This document shows, piece after piece, positions 1-10,528 of a stretch of DNA of 64,000 nt; the first letter of the stretch is position 1, and each line of letters starts with the position of its first letter. A program made the position numbers and the translations under genes. The stretch comes from Halothiobacillaceae bacterium (GTDB lineage Bacteria; Pseudomonadota; Gammaproteobacteria; Halothiobacillales; Halothiobacillaceae), in contig SDAY01000002.1 in assembly GCA_006212015.1 (NCBI GenBank), positions 10,457-74,456 of the forward strand, written 5' to 3'. The notes beneath the pieces were generated by a model that searched no databases, had not been told where the DNA came from, and was given only the letters and a program-made list of their open reading frames with translations.

Positions 1-9
1 GGTGCAAGC

Positions 10-1404
10 TTAGACCCGGAACTGGCGTACCAGGCCTTGCAGGTTGTCGGCATACTTCTGCAGCTCGGTGCTGTTGCCGACCGCCTGCTTGCCTTCCTGC
101 GTCGCAAGCTGGGCGAGACTGGAGATGTTGCCGACGCTACGCGAGATGTCCTCGGCCACTTCGCTCTGTTGCACGGTCGCATGGGCGATCTGACCATTCA
201 TGTCATTGATCCGCTTGATCGCCTGCGTGATGTGATCGAGCGCTTCACCGGCCTGCACCGCCTGGATGACACTCTCACGCGCACGCCCCTGCCCGGCCTG
301 CATCACCGAGGACGCCTCTCGGGTGCGCTGCTGCAGTGCCTCGATCATGCTCTGAATGTCCTGGGTCGAGGCCTGGGTCTTGCTGGCAAGATTGCGCACC
401 TCGTCCGCCACGACGGCGAAGCCACGGCCCTGTTCCCCAGCACGCGCCGCCTCGATCGCCGCATTCAGGGCCAGCAGGTTGGTCTGCTCGGCGATTCCGC
501 GAATCACCTCGACCACCATGCCGATCCGATTGCCGTCATCCTCGAGACGATGAATGACCACGGCGGCCTGTTCGATCTCCCCCGCCAAGGCCTGGATGGC
601 ATGGGCGCTCTTGTCGACGACAGCCCGCCCACCCATGGCCTGGGCCTCGACCGTAGTGGTGTTTTCCGCCGCATGCCGGGCGTTCTGTGCGACCTCCTGG
701 ATCGAGGCCGCCATTTCGTGCATCGCCGCCGCCACCTGACCGATCTCGGCCTCCTGCTGATGGGTCGACTTCAATAGCTGATCGGTCGTTGCCGCGACCA
801 CGCGCGAGGTCTGCGTCAAGGCATTGGCGGAGCTGGATACCCGCACCATGATGTCCTGGAATGTCCCGAGCATGCCATTGAGCGAGCGAGACACCCTTCC
901 CATCTCGTCTGCGGCGTCGTATTTGACCCGTTGACGCAGGTCACTGCCGGCTTCGATCTCGCGGATGGTGGATTCAAGCAGGGCCACCGGACGAGTGATG
1001 CCCTGCGAAATCACGAAGAACAGGATCGGGCCGATGACCATCACCAACACGGTCACTGCGATCATGGCATCGACATGCCCCTTGATGGATGTTTCCAGCT
1101 TGCCAAGACGCTGGATATTGGAACCGGCATCCTCCCCCGGGGAGACATACCGGGTCGCCCGGGAAACATCGTTTCCATCACGCTCGATCATCAGCCCATG
1201 GCGTTCGATCGATGTGGCAACCTGGCTGCAGGCCGAAAAATCATCGGCAAACTTGCCGACATGGACCCAGATCGTGGCCGCAATAACCAGGTTTCCGGCA
1301 ATCAAGATCAGCGCCAACAGCCTCAGCCTGGCGCGTATCGACAGGTTCGCAAGCATGATCATAGCCCCCATGGAAAGACATGGAACCCACCAAGCATGAA
1401 GCAT
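10..1404 (-). CDS. methyl-accepting chemotaxis protein (2 TM segments, short periplasmic loop, HAMP, MA signalling domain)
   Basis: 464-aa ORF with the conserved MCP hairpin-tip sequence [35 protein letters not shown] and N-terminal hydrophobic segments. The start (1404 or an internal Met such as 1371) is not resolved. Confidence 0.85.
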   Translation of the reverse strand: MLHAWWVPCLSMGAMIMLANLSIRARLRLLALILIAGNLVIAATIWVHVGKFADDFSACSQVATSIERHGLMIERDGNDVSRATRYVSPGEDAGSNIQRLGKLETSIKGHVDAMIAVTVLVMVIGPILFFVISQGITRPVALLESTIREIEAGSDLRQRVKYDAADEMGRVSRSLNGMLGTFQDIMVRVSSSANALTQTSRVVAATTDQLLKSTHQQEAEIGQVAAAMHEMAASIQEVAQNARHAAENTTTVEAQAMGGRAVVDKSAHAIQALAGEIEQAAVVIHRLEDDGNRIGMVVEVIRGIAEQTNLLALNAAIEAARAGEQGRGFAVVADEVRNLASKTQASTQDIQSMIEALQQRTREASSVMQAGQGRARESVIQAVQAGEALDHITQAIKRINDMNGQIAHATVQQSEVAEDISRSVGNISSLAQLATQEGKQAVGNSTELQKYADNLQGLVRQFRV

Positions 1405-1421
1405 GCCTACTTTAAGGTTTC

Positions 1422-2780
<1,359 letters not shown>

Positions 2781-2848
2781 GCCTACTCCAAAATGATGTT
2801 TGTCCTTGCCGCACAGGGTCTGTTGGAATGACCCACAGCAAAACTGTG

Positions 2849-3017
2849 CTAGCAGCCTGTCGGACTTGAGACGAACTGGCTGCAAAGGCCGCGGGCCGGT
2901 CCATATTTCGCCGCTTTTTTGGGCCATAGTCCTGGCTATGGCCCGGCAAAATCGTCAAAATCTGTACTCGGCCAGCGACTTTTTCGCTTCAGCCGCTCAA
3001 GCCCGACAGGCTGCTAG
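2849..3017. repeat. 22-bp inverted repeats (21/22 match) enclosing 125 bp of the fleQ-fliK intergenic region
   Basis: CTAGCAGCCTGTCGGACTTGAG at 2849-2870 pairs with CTCAAGCCCGACAGGCTGCTAG at 2996-3017. A nested perfect palindrome GGGCCATAG-N6-CTATGGCCC lies at 2921-2944. Confidence 0.8.
2933..2948 (+). promoter_or_regulatory. weak sigma-54-like -24/-12 motif upstream of fliK
   Basis: TGGCTATGGCCCGGCA has GG (2934-2935) and GC (2946-2947) at the canonical 12-nt register. The -12 element is poor (GGCA rather than TTGCA). Confidence 0.25.
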
Positions 3018-3075
3018 TTTTCAGCCTGTTGATGACAGACTGAGTTAATCACCCACCCGCGAGGATGTCAAAACC

Positions 3076-4410
3076 TTGTCGCCGATCATGCCCGACCTGC
3101 TTGGCCTCGGAACGGCTCAGCCGCGCCTGAACCTGACCGGTGCGGCCACCCCTGCCCAGGCCCAGCCCGTGGCGAACGCCTGGAAGGTGGGCGAAATCCT
3201 GCAGGCGACCGTGCTCGGCGTGACGGGAGGGGGGATGACCAGGCTGGACATCAACGGGCTGGAGGTCAGCAGCAAGGCCCCCTTGCCCTTGATGGCCGGC
3301 GACCGACTTGAACTGCAGGTCACCCAGCCTGGTCCGCCCCCGCAGTTGCGGATCACCCAGCATCAGTCCGCCGAACCGGCACCGCTCGACCAGGCCCTGC
3401 GTCAGGCCTTGCCGCGCGGCGGGGACAGCCAGCGCTTCGCCCGGCTGGCCGAAGCCCTCGACACGCTCGGCCAGTCGTCAAACCTGACCAGTCACCAACG
3501 CGACGCCCTTCGCCAGCTGCAGGAGGCCCTGCCCAACCTGCGCCAACTGACCGATCCAGCCAGGCTCGAGCAGCAGATGCGCGCCTCCGGCCTGTTCCTT
3601 GAGAGCGACCTGGCCAAGGGGGCGCCCCAGCCCGGCGACCTCAAGGCGGCGCTGCTGAAGGTCGCCGCCGCCCTGCAGAACAAGGCCGCAGCCCCGGAAC
3701 AAGCGGCAACCCCGCCTGCGGGGATGACTGCCAAGGGACAACCCGGAGCTACGCTTCCTGCGGGCGCGGGGGTGCCGCCCGCAACGGGCGAAACCGCCTC
3801 GACGGCCATGCACGCCTCCCGCGCCGGCCCCCATGGGCCTACGGGGGGCGAATCGGCCCAGAACGCTCCAGCGCAGGCTCGCGCATCGGGGTTGGACACC
3901 CCCGCCATGCCCCAGGCCGCCGCCTCCGCCCAACTGGCCGACGCCCTGAAGGGCGCGGTGGAAGGCGCACTGGCGCGTCTCCATCTCAACCAGATCACCA
4001 GCCTGCAGACGCAGGATGGCGAACGCCCCGTCTGGGTGATGGAGCTGCCGCTACCCGCCAGCGAGGGGCAGACGCCGCTCAGGCTGCGCCTTGAGCGCGA
4101 TACCGACCGCGAAGGCTCGGGACGGGCCTCCGCGCAACAAGGCTGGCGCCTGGATCTCGACTTCAGCATGGAGCCGCTGGGCCCGCTCCGCGCGAGCGTC
4201 CTGATGCGCACCGAGAGCCTCAACGTACGCATCTGGGCCGAACGGCCCGACACGCTGGCCCAGCTTCGGGACCATCTTCAACTGCTGCATAGCGGCTTGC
4301 GGCGCACGGGCCTGGAGGTCGAGCACCTCGCCTGTTACCCGGGCCAGCCCGCCGCCCGTGACGACGACACGCCACGCCCGCGCGGCGGCCTGCTGAATCT
4401 GAGCGCATGA
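3076..4410 (+). CDS. fliK: flagellar hook-length control protein FliK
   Basis: Pro/Ala/Gln-rich central region and a C-terminal Flg_hook-like segment (VWVMELPL...LRLRLER...WRLDLDFSMEPLGPLRASV...LNVRIWAERP). TTG start at 3076 is 10 nt after GAGGA; an alternative ATG lies at 3088. Confidence 0.75.
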   Translation: MSPIMPDLLGLGTAQPRLNLTGAATPAQAQPVANAWKVGEILQATVLGVTGGGMTRLDINGLEVSSKAPLPLMAGDRLELQVTQPGPPPQLRITQHQSAEPAPLDQALRQALPRGGDSQRFARLAEALDTLGQSSNLTSHQRDALRQLQEALPNLRQLTDPARLEQQMRASGLFLESDLAKGAPQPGDLKAALLKVAAALQNKAAAPEQAATPPAGMTAKGQPGATLPAGAGVPPATGETASTAMHASRAGPHGPTGGESAQNAPAQARASGLDTPAMPQAAASAQLADALKGAVEGALARLHLNQITSLQTQDGERPVWVMELPLPASEGQTPLRLRLERDTDREGSGRASAQQGWRLDLDFSMEPLGPLRASVLMRTESLNVRIWAERPDTLAQLRDHLQLLHSGLRRTGLEVEHLACYPGQPAARDDDTPRPRGGLLNLSA

Positions 4411-4709
4411 ACAAGCCTGCCGCCCCGACGCCGCCACCGATGGCGGTCGCCCTGCACTACGACGGTGGCGGCGCGCCCCGCATCGTCGCCAAGGGCGGGG
4501 GCGATGTCGCCCGCAGGATCCTCGAGGTGGCGGAGGAGCATGGCGTGCCCCTGCATGAGGATGCCGCCCTGGCGGGCGCCCTGGCACGCCTGGAACTGGG
4601 AGAGGAGATCCCCCGTCCGCTCTATCAGGCCGTGGCCGAGGTGCTGGCCTTCGCCCTGCGCCTATCCGGCAAGGACGAAGCCTTGCACGAACGGATGAAG
4701 AAGCCCTGA
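4407..4709 (+). CDS. free-standing FlhB C-terminal (FlhB-CC, FlhX-like) domain protein
   Basis: 100 aa. MAVALHYDGGGAPRIVAKGGGDVARRILEVAEEHGVPL...PLYQAVAEVLAFALRL aligns by eye with the post-NPTH part of FlhB in this window (AMALRYD..APIVVAKG...LYRAVAQVLAYVYQL). ATGA overlap with the fliK stop. Confidence 0.75.
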   Translation: MNKPAAPTPPPMAVALHYDGGGAPRIVAKGGGDVARRILEVAEEHGVPLHEDAALAGALARLELGEEIPRPLYQAVAEVLAFALRLSGKDEALHERMKKP

Positions 4710-4798
4710 GGGCCCGTGCATAGATCGACTGCCCCCCGATGTCTGCCCCGATCACGACGTGGGCTATGCTTGCCGATGATTTCACAAGTCTCTTTCAT

Positions 4799-4820
4799 GC
4801 AGGAGCAAGCTCGCTCCTGC
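4799..4820. other. 8-bp stem / 6-nt loop hairpin between convergent genes (REP-like sequence)
   Basis: GCAGGAGC-AAGCTC-GCTCCTGC; the arms resemble the GTAGGAGCG repeat family seen elsewhere in the window. Confidence 0.5.
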
Positions 4821-4911
4821 CGCCAGAGGGCAGCCCGGATAGGTACCCCAAAGCCCCCGGGATTCCGCTGCGCTGCATCCGGGCTTGACGATGCCTGATC
4901 AGACTTCGCCT

Positions 4912-5376
4912 TCAGCCATCCTTGCGCGGCCGCTGGCCGGGGGCCTCTTCCTCGCTGCCCTGCCGATGCATGCGCAGCAGCAATTCGGCCTCGCCGCGCG
5001 GCAGGCCGAAATCCTGCACCAGCTCCTGGACGCCCGCATGGCCGCGCGCGACCTGTCGAATGGCCTGCGCATAGCTGGCTTCCTGCTGCCCGCCCCGCGC
5101 CATGCCGCCGAACTGGGATTCCAGCAGGCCCTGACTGCGCTCCAGGCGCTCCAGCTGGCTGCCGAGCCCCAGGGTGCTGACACGCAGCGCCGCCGCATCG
5201 AGCGCAGCCTGCCCAAGGGTTGCGCCATAGCCGTCGACGCGCTTCCGCAGTGACTCCATCGACTCATCGAGCATCTTCAGGCGCCCCTCCAGGCCGCTGA
5301 CACGCCGCACCAGCATGACCACGGCAAGCAGCAGCAGGACCAAGCCCCCGGCGAAGAGGTCAATCAGCGTGTCCAC
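4912..5376 (-). CDS. DUF2802-like protein (N-terminal TM helix, C-terminal HTH-like tail)
   Basis: 154 aa with a TM segment GGLVLLLLAVVMLV and the tail ELVQDFGLPRGEAELLLRMH. It occupies the position after cheW typical of Vibrio/Pseudomonas che clusters. The family assignment is from memory. Confidence 0.6.
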   Translation of the reverse strand: MDTLIDLFAGGLVLLLLAVVMLVRRVSGLEGRLKMLDESMESLRKRVDGYGATLGQAALDAAALRVSTLGLGSQLERLERSQGLLESQFGGMARGGQQEASYAQAIRQVARGHAGVQELVQDFGLPRGEAELLLRMHRQGSEEEAPGQRPRKDG

Positions 5377-5401
5377 ATACCTCCCCCCTTTAGCCCTGGC
5401 C

Positions 5402-5866
5402 TCAATGAACCTTGACGGTCTGGGTCAGGTTATCCAGGTTCAGCAGGATCACCAATCCGCCGGGGCGGCTGATCACGCCATGGATGTGAACCGAGCTGTC
5501 GTCCGAATTGACCGCAGGCGACGCCTCCACTTCATCCGCCGGCAGTTCGATGACCTCGGCCACGCTGTCCACCAGCAGACCAAGCACCTGCTGCCCGACC
5601 TCGAGGATGAGGATGCGCGAGGCATCGGACATCGGCATGGACGGCAATGAAAAGCGCTGGCGACCATCCATCACGGTCACGACATTGCCGCGCAGGTTGA
5701 TGATGCCGATGACCGAAGCGGGCGCGCCGGGCACCGGGGTAAGTTCGGCGTTCTTGAGCACCTCATGCACATTGAGCACATTGACGGCGTAGTTTTCACC
5801 CGCCAACTGGAAGGTCACCCAACGGGTCGGTCGTTCGGCTTGGGGAGTTTCATCCGTGCTTGTCAT
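5402..5866 (-). CDS. cheW: chemotaxis coupling protein CheW
   Basis: 154 aa single CheW domain (FQLAGENYAVNVLNVHEVL...PGAPASVIGIINLRGNVV). Confidence 0.9.
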   Translation of the reverse strand: MTSTDETPQAERPTRWVTFQLAGENYAVNVLNVHEVLKNAELTPVPGAPASVIGIINLRGNVVTVMDGRQRFSLPSMPMSDASRILILEVGQQVLGLLVDSVAEVIELPADEVEASPAVNSDDSSVHIHGVISRPGGLVILLNLDNLTQTVKVH

Positions 5867-5912
5867 GACGCTTTACCCTGTTGAATGAAAGAGTGCTGTG
5901 GATCGACCATGA

Positions 5913-6461
5913 TCAGGCAGCGCCAGCCAGACGACGCAACCCTTCGGTCAGGCCGTCGGGATGGGCAAATACGGTCCCGCTGGCGGCATGCACCCCCGCG
6001 AGCCAGGGGCGCGAGGGCGCATCGACGCGCATCCGCGCATCTTCGGGTGTGATCGCCCAGGCTTCGCCTTCCGACGCGCAGGCGAGCGCCCACCAGCCGC
6101 TGTCCAGGATCACCAGCGGGCCATGCCAGAAGGCCCCCTCGTGGAATGATGGCTCGCCCGTGAGGATGGTCTCGGGCTCGAGCACCAGCAGGCGGCGCGC
6201 TTTCCACTCGACGCTCCCGAGAACCTCGTCCGGCGCCCCCGTCAGCGGGCGGATCTCGTGCGGGGGACGCATCACCGTCAGCACACGCTGGGTCGGCAGG
6301 GCCAGCCACAGGCGCCCGACCCGGAACCGGCGCCAGCCCTGGGTGGCGGGCAAGGGCATGCGTGGCGCGTCCGGCACATCGGGCAGCAACAGGCCCTCCA
6401 GATAGCTGCGAATGGCCTCGCCCTCGGCCACCACCGCATGCGATGCCGCCCGGGCGCTCAT
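5913..6461 (-). CDS. parP: CheW-like domain protein, ParP-type (chemotaxis array partner of ParC)
   Basis: CheW-like segment (WRRFRVGRLWLALPTQRV...LGSVEWKARRLLVLE). The start was re-set to the ATG at 6461, which forms an ATGA overlap with the parC stop. Position between parC and cheW. Confidence 0.6.
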   Translation of the reverse strand: MSARAASHAVVAEGEAIRSYLEGLLLPDVPDAPRMPLPATQGWRRFRVGRLWLALPTQRVLTVMRPPHEIRPLTGAPDEVLGSVEWKARRLLVLEPETILTGEPSFHEGAFWHGPLVILDSGWWALACASEGEAWAITPEDARMRVDAPSRPWLAGVHAASGTVFAHPDGLTEGLRRLAGAA

Positions 6462-7255
6462 GAGGCACGCCTCAGCGTCGGCGGCGCATCGCAGTTCATC
6501 AGCCAGTCGAGCAGTTCGCGATAGGCCACCGAGCCTCGCGCATCCGGCTGCAGCATGGGAAGGGGCTGGCCCAGCTTGCTCGCCTCGCGCAACTGGGTAT
6601 CGACCGGGATCACGCCCGGCCACAGGCGCGGGCCATGGCGTGCCTGCAAGACCCCCAGCGAATGCGCGGAGGCGCGCGTGCGGCGATCATGCATGGTCGG
6701 CACGATCAGGTAATCGAGATCGCTGGTCCGTGAACGCTGCATCATGCCCAGGGTCTTGAGCATGCGCTCGAGCCCGCGCAGGGCCAGGTATTCGGTCTGG
6801 GTGGGCATCATGACAAGCTGGGAGGCCGCAATGGCGTTCACCATGCCCACCCCGAGAATGGGCGCGCAGTCGATCAGCACATGGTCGAATTGCCCCGCCA
6901 GGCGGGACAAGGCCCGCGCCAGCACCAGGCCCATGCCCTCGCGCCCCCCCAGCTGGCGATCCAGCGTGGCCAGCGCGGTATGTGCGGGCATCAGGGACAG
7001 GTGCGGGTGAAAGGTCTGATGCACGGTGGACCGCACATCGGCCATCCGCCCCTCGCTCGCCTCGCGAAAAAGGGTGTACACCCCTGCCCCGGGAGATTCG
7101 GGGTCGATGCCGAGGTAACTGGTCAGCGAGCCATGCGGATCCATGTCCACCAGCAGGGTGCGCTGGCCCGCGAGGGCCAGCCAGCCCGCAAGAGACACGG
7201 CCGAGGTGGTTTTGCCGACCCCACCCTTTTGATTGGCGATCGTCCAGATGTTCAT
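6458..7255 (-). CDS. parC: ParA/MinD-family ATPase of the chemotaxis cluster (ParC-type)
   Basis: Deviant Walker A NQKGGVGKTT at the N-terminus, 265 aa. Located directly after cheB (ATGA overlap), as in Vibrio/Pseudomonas che operons. Confidence 0.75.
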   Translation of the reverse strand: MNIWTIANQKGGVGKTTSAVSLAGWLALAGQRTLLVDMDPHGSLTSYLGIDPESPGAGVYTLFREASEGRMADVRSTVHQTFHPHLSLMPAHTALATLDRQLGGREGMGLVLARALSRLAGQFDHVLIDCAPILGVGMVNAIAASQLVMMPTQTEYLALRGLERMLKTLGMMQRSRTSDLDYLIVPTMHDRRTRASAHSLGVLQARHGPRLWPGVIPVDTQLREASKLGQPLPMLQPDARGSVAYRELLDWLMNCDAPPTLRRAS

Positions 7256-8310
7256 CGCAAGCAGCTATGCAAGCAGGATGCCAAGTCATCCAGGGACTTG
7301 ACCGCATCCGACAATCCGGCCTTGGCCACTTCCATCGGCATGCCGAAAATCACGCTGCTTTCACGGTCCTGGGTCCAGACATGCCCGCCCGCCGCCTTGA
7401 GCGCGCGCGCGCCCAGCACGCCGTCATTGCCCATGCCGGTCAGCACGACGGCCAGCACATCGGAACGATAGACGCTGGCCGCGGTGCTGAAGCCGACATC
7501 CACGCTGGGGCGGAAATGTTCATGGGCTAGCGCCTCGCGCATGACGAAGGCGGGCTTGTTGTTGCGCCACCCGAGCTGGGTGTGCACGCCGCCGGGTGCG
7601 ATGTAGGCATGACCGGGCAAGGGCATTTCGCCGTCCTCGGCCTCCTTGACCGTCAAGGGAATGACGCGATCGAGGCGTTCGGCAAAGGCCTGGGTAAAGA
7701 CGGGGGGCATGTGCTGGAGCACGAGGATGGGCACGCCGAAGTCCGCAGGCATCGTCTGCAAAACCTGCTGAACAGCGACGGGGCCACCGGTGGACGCACC
7801 GATAAGGACGATGCCCCGTGAACTGATGATGCGTTCGCACTTCCGGGGTTCGGCCCCCGCCGCGCTTGACGGGTGGACCCGAGGGGCCTCGGGGGGCGGG
7901 GCATGGCGCAACGCAGCACGCCGACCGGCCAGCAGACGCAGCTTGGCCTTCAGCAAGGGGAGCTGCTGGGCCATCGCCCCGCCGCTCGATCCGTTGATCT
8001 TGGGCATGAAATCCATCGCCCCGGCATCCAGTGCATCGAAGGTCGACTTGGCGCCGTAGTGGGTCAGCGAGGACAGCATCAGGATGGGGACGGGGCACTT
8101 CTCCATGATCCGGCGCGTCGCGGCAATGCCATCCATGCCCGGCATTTCCACATCCATGGTGATGATGTCCGGCTTGAGGCGACAGGCCATGTCAAGCCCC
8201 TGGGCACCGTCTACGGCTTCGCCGACGATGTCGTAGCCAGGCTCGGTGGACAGCAATTCTCGCAGCAAGCGGCGAAAGAAGGCTGAATCATCAACGATCA
8301 GAATGCGCAC
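7252..8310 (-). CDS. cheB: protein-glutamate methylesterase/glutaminase CheB
   Basis: N-terminal receiver domain (MRILIVDDS...DVEMPGMDG) plus a C-terminal CheB methylesterase domain (IGASTGGP...VLTGMGNDG). Confidence 0.9.
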   Translation of the reverse strand: MRILIVDDSAFFRRLLRELLSTEPGYDIVGEAVDGAQGLDMACRLKPDIITMDVEMPGMDGIAATRRIMEKCPVPILMLSSLTHYGAKSTFDALDAGAMDFMPKINGSSGGAMAQQLPLLKAKLRLLAGRRAALRHAPPPEAPRVHPSSAAGAEPRKCERIISSRGIVLIGASTGGPVAVQQVLQTMPADFGVPILVLQHMPPVFTQAFAERLDRVIPLTVKEAEDGEMPLPGHAYIAPGGVHTQLGWRNNKPAFVMREALAHEHFRPSVDVGFSTAASVYRSDVLAVVLTGMGNDGVLGARALKAAGGHVWTQDRESSVIFGMPMEVAKAGLSDAVKSLDDLASCLHSCLR

Positions 8311-8334
8311 GATTCAATCCCTTGCCCGATGGAC

Positions 8335-10518
8335 TCATGCGGCATAACGCTCGCCGCGACGCTGGCCATAATGCTTGACGAGACCCGGAAAATCGAAGAT
8401 CAGGGCAATGTTGCCGTCGCCGGTGATGGTGGCCCCGGCAAAGCCTGGCAAGCCATGAAGCAGCTCGCCCAGGGGCTTGATCACCACCTCTTCCTGGCCG
8501 AGCACACGGTCGACGATCACGCCGATGTTCTGCGCCCCGACCTGAAGCATGACGATCTGTGCCAGCTTTTCGTCCTTCTGCACCTGCTCGCCGCGAATCG
8601 CCATCCAGGCCCGCAGATCGAACAGGGGCAGCGCACGATGGCGCACGGTAATGGTCCGCTGGCCATCGACCACGTTGGTCGCCTTGCCTTCCATCTCGAA
8701 GATCTCGTTCACGTTGCCCAGCGGCATGGCGTACTTGCGGCCATTCACGACCACCATCAGGGTGGGGAGGATCGCCAGCGTCAACGGCACCTTGATGCTG
8801 ATCAGCGATCCCTCGCCGGGTGCGGAATCGATCACGATGCTGCCGGACAGCTTGGCGATGGCCGTCTTGACGACATCCATGCCGACCCCGCGCCCGGAAA
8901 TGTCGGAGATCTGCTCCTTGGTGGAGAAGCCCGGCGCGAAGATCAGCTCGAAACATTCGCGTGGGCTCAGGCGCGCCGCCGCATCCTCGTCCAGCACCCC
9001 CTTCTCGACGGCCTTGCGGCGCAGCATGTCGGCATCCATGCCGGCCCCGTCATCGCGAATGGTCAGGAGGATGTGATCGCCTTCCTGCGCCGCGGCGAGG
9101 GTCACCTTGCCCAGCCGCGGCTTGCCCTGTTGCTCGCGCACATCGGGCATCTCGACCCCGTGATCGACCGCGTTGCGCACTAGGTGAACCAGCGGGTCGG
9201 CCAGGGCCTCGACCAGGTTCTTGTCGAGATCGGTGTCTTCGCCCACGAGAATCAGGTCGACGTCCTTGCCAAGCTGGCGGGCCACATCGCGGACCACGCG
9301 CGGGAAGCGGCCAAAGACCTTCTTGATCGGCTGCATGCGGGTCTTCATGACCGCAGTTTGCAGATCGGCGGTGACGGTATCCAGGCTGGCGATGACCTGG
9401 CTGACCTGCTCGTCCCTGAATCCGGCCTTGAGGGTGTTCAAGCGGTTGCGCACCAGCACCAGTTCGCCGACCAGGTTCATGATCGCGTCCAGGCGCTCGG
9501 TATCGACCCGCACGCTCGACTCCGGCTTGTCTGCCGGTTCGACCGTTTTTGCCGCGACCGCAGACTGCGTGCTGGCGACAGGGCGCGGGGTCTTTGCGGC
9601 CGCCGGCTCGGCGGGCTTGTTGACCGCCGCGACGGGCTTGGGTGCCGCCGACGTTGCGATGCCCGGCTTGGGCGCCGCTGGCGTGGCGGTAACGCCTGTC
9701 ACGGGTCTTGCCACTGGCGCGGGAGGCGCGGCGTGAGACTCGGCCCCGGGCGAGGATGGGCCATGCCCCTTGCCATAGAGCGAATCCAGCACCCCCTCGA
9801 ACTCATCCTCGCCGATCAGGTCGGACGGCGAGCCGTGCGATCCGCCGGCGGCGGGTGCAACGCTTGCCGCCCGCACGGGCCTGGGTGGCTCCACGCTGGC
9901 AACGGGCGCGTTTGACGGGCCATGACCTTGGCCATACATCGAGTCAAGCAGGTTTTCGAACTCGTCCTCGGTGATGTACTCGGACGCGGCGCCCGTGGAA
10001 TAGGTTATGGATGAGGACGGTTCGGCTGCGGGGGCCTCGTCGCCCAGCATGTGGATAAAGGCCTGCTCCACCTCGTCGGCAGCGGCTTCAAGCGTCGGCT
10101 CAGGCATCATCGGCTCGACGACGGCCTCTTCGGGATGCATCAGGGCCTCGATCTCGGACAGTTGAGAAGGGTCGGCCGGTTCAGGCATGACGCCTTCGCG
10201 AAGGGCGGAAAACATCACCTTCAGGGTATCGAGCACGCGCAGCATGACATCCATGAGGCGGGCATCGACCCCCAGTTCGCCATTGCGAAGCATGTTGAAA
10301 ACATCCTCCGCGCGATGGCACACCTCAACCAGCGGGTGGATCTCCATGAACCCTGCCCCACCCTTGATGGTGTGGAAGCTGCGGAACACGGCGTTGAGAA
10401 GCTCGCGGTCATCCGGCATGCGTTCAAGATCGATGAGCTGCTCGTCCAGCGCATCGACCAGTTCGCCCGCCTCGACAAGGAAATCCTGCAAAAGCTCATG
10501 ATCGGCATGGATGGACAT
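8335..10518 (-). CDS. cheA: chemotaxis histidine kinase CheA
   Basis: Hpt/P1 (FRSFHTIKGGAGF), dimerisation and HATPase domains (DHGVE...DDGAGMD...GRGVGMDVV), and a C-terminal CheW-like P5 domain. Confidence 0.95.
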   Translation of the reverse strand: MSIHADHELLQDFLVEAGELVDALDEQLIDLERMPDDRELLNAVFRSFHTIKGGAGFMEIHPLVEVCHRAEDVFNMLRNGELGVDARLMDVMLRVLDTLKVMFSALREGVMPEPADPSQLSEIEALMHPEEAVVEPMMPEPTLEAAADEVEQAFIHMLGDEAPAAEPSSSITYSTGAASEYITEDEFENLLDSMYGQGHGPSNAPVASVEPPRPVRAASVAPAAGGSHGSPSDLIGEDEFEGVLDSLYGKGHGPSSPGAESHAAPPAPVARPVTGVTATPAAPKPGIATSAAPKPVAAVNKPAEPAAAKTPRPVASTQSAVAAKTVEPADKPESSVRVDTERLDAIMNLVGELVLVRNRLNTLKAGFRDEQVSQVIASLDTVTADLQTAVMKTRMQPIKKVFGRFPRVVRDVARQLGKDVDLILVGEDTDLDKNLVEALADPLVHLVRNAVDHGVEMPDVREQQGKPRLGKVTLAAAQEGDHILLTIRDDGAGMDADMLRRKAVEKGVLDEDAAARLSPRECFELIFAPGFSTKEQISDISGRGVGMDVVKTAIAKLSGSIVIDSAPGEGSLISIKVPLTLAILPTLMVVVNGRKYAMPLGNVNEIFEMEGKATNVVDGQRTITVRHRALPLFDLRAWMAIRGEQVQKDEKLAQIVMLQVGAQNIGVIVDRVLGQEEVVIKPLGELLHGLPGFAGATITGDGNIALIFDFPGLVKHYGQRRGERYAA

Positions 10519-10528
10519 GATCTACCCC

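Noticed and set aside
4716-4898. 60-aa plus-strand ORF in the flhB-like/DUF2802 convergent spacer
   Set aside because: It has no RBS and an Arg/Pro/Cys-rich translation, and it runs through a REP-like hairpin. It is most likely non-coding.
5863-6468. 201-aa alternative minus-strand frame overlapping the ParP-like gene
   Set aside because: The translation is Arg/Gly/Ala/Pro-rich with no domain. The 5913-6461 frame contains a CheW-like domain and an ATGA junction with parC.
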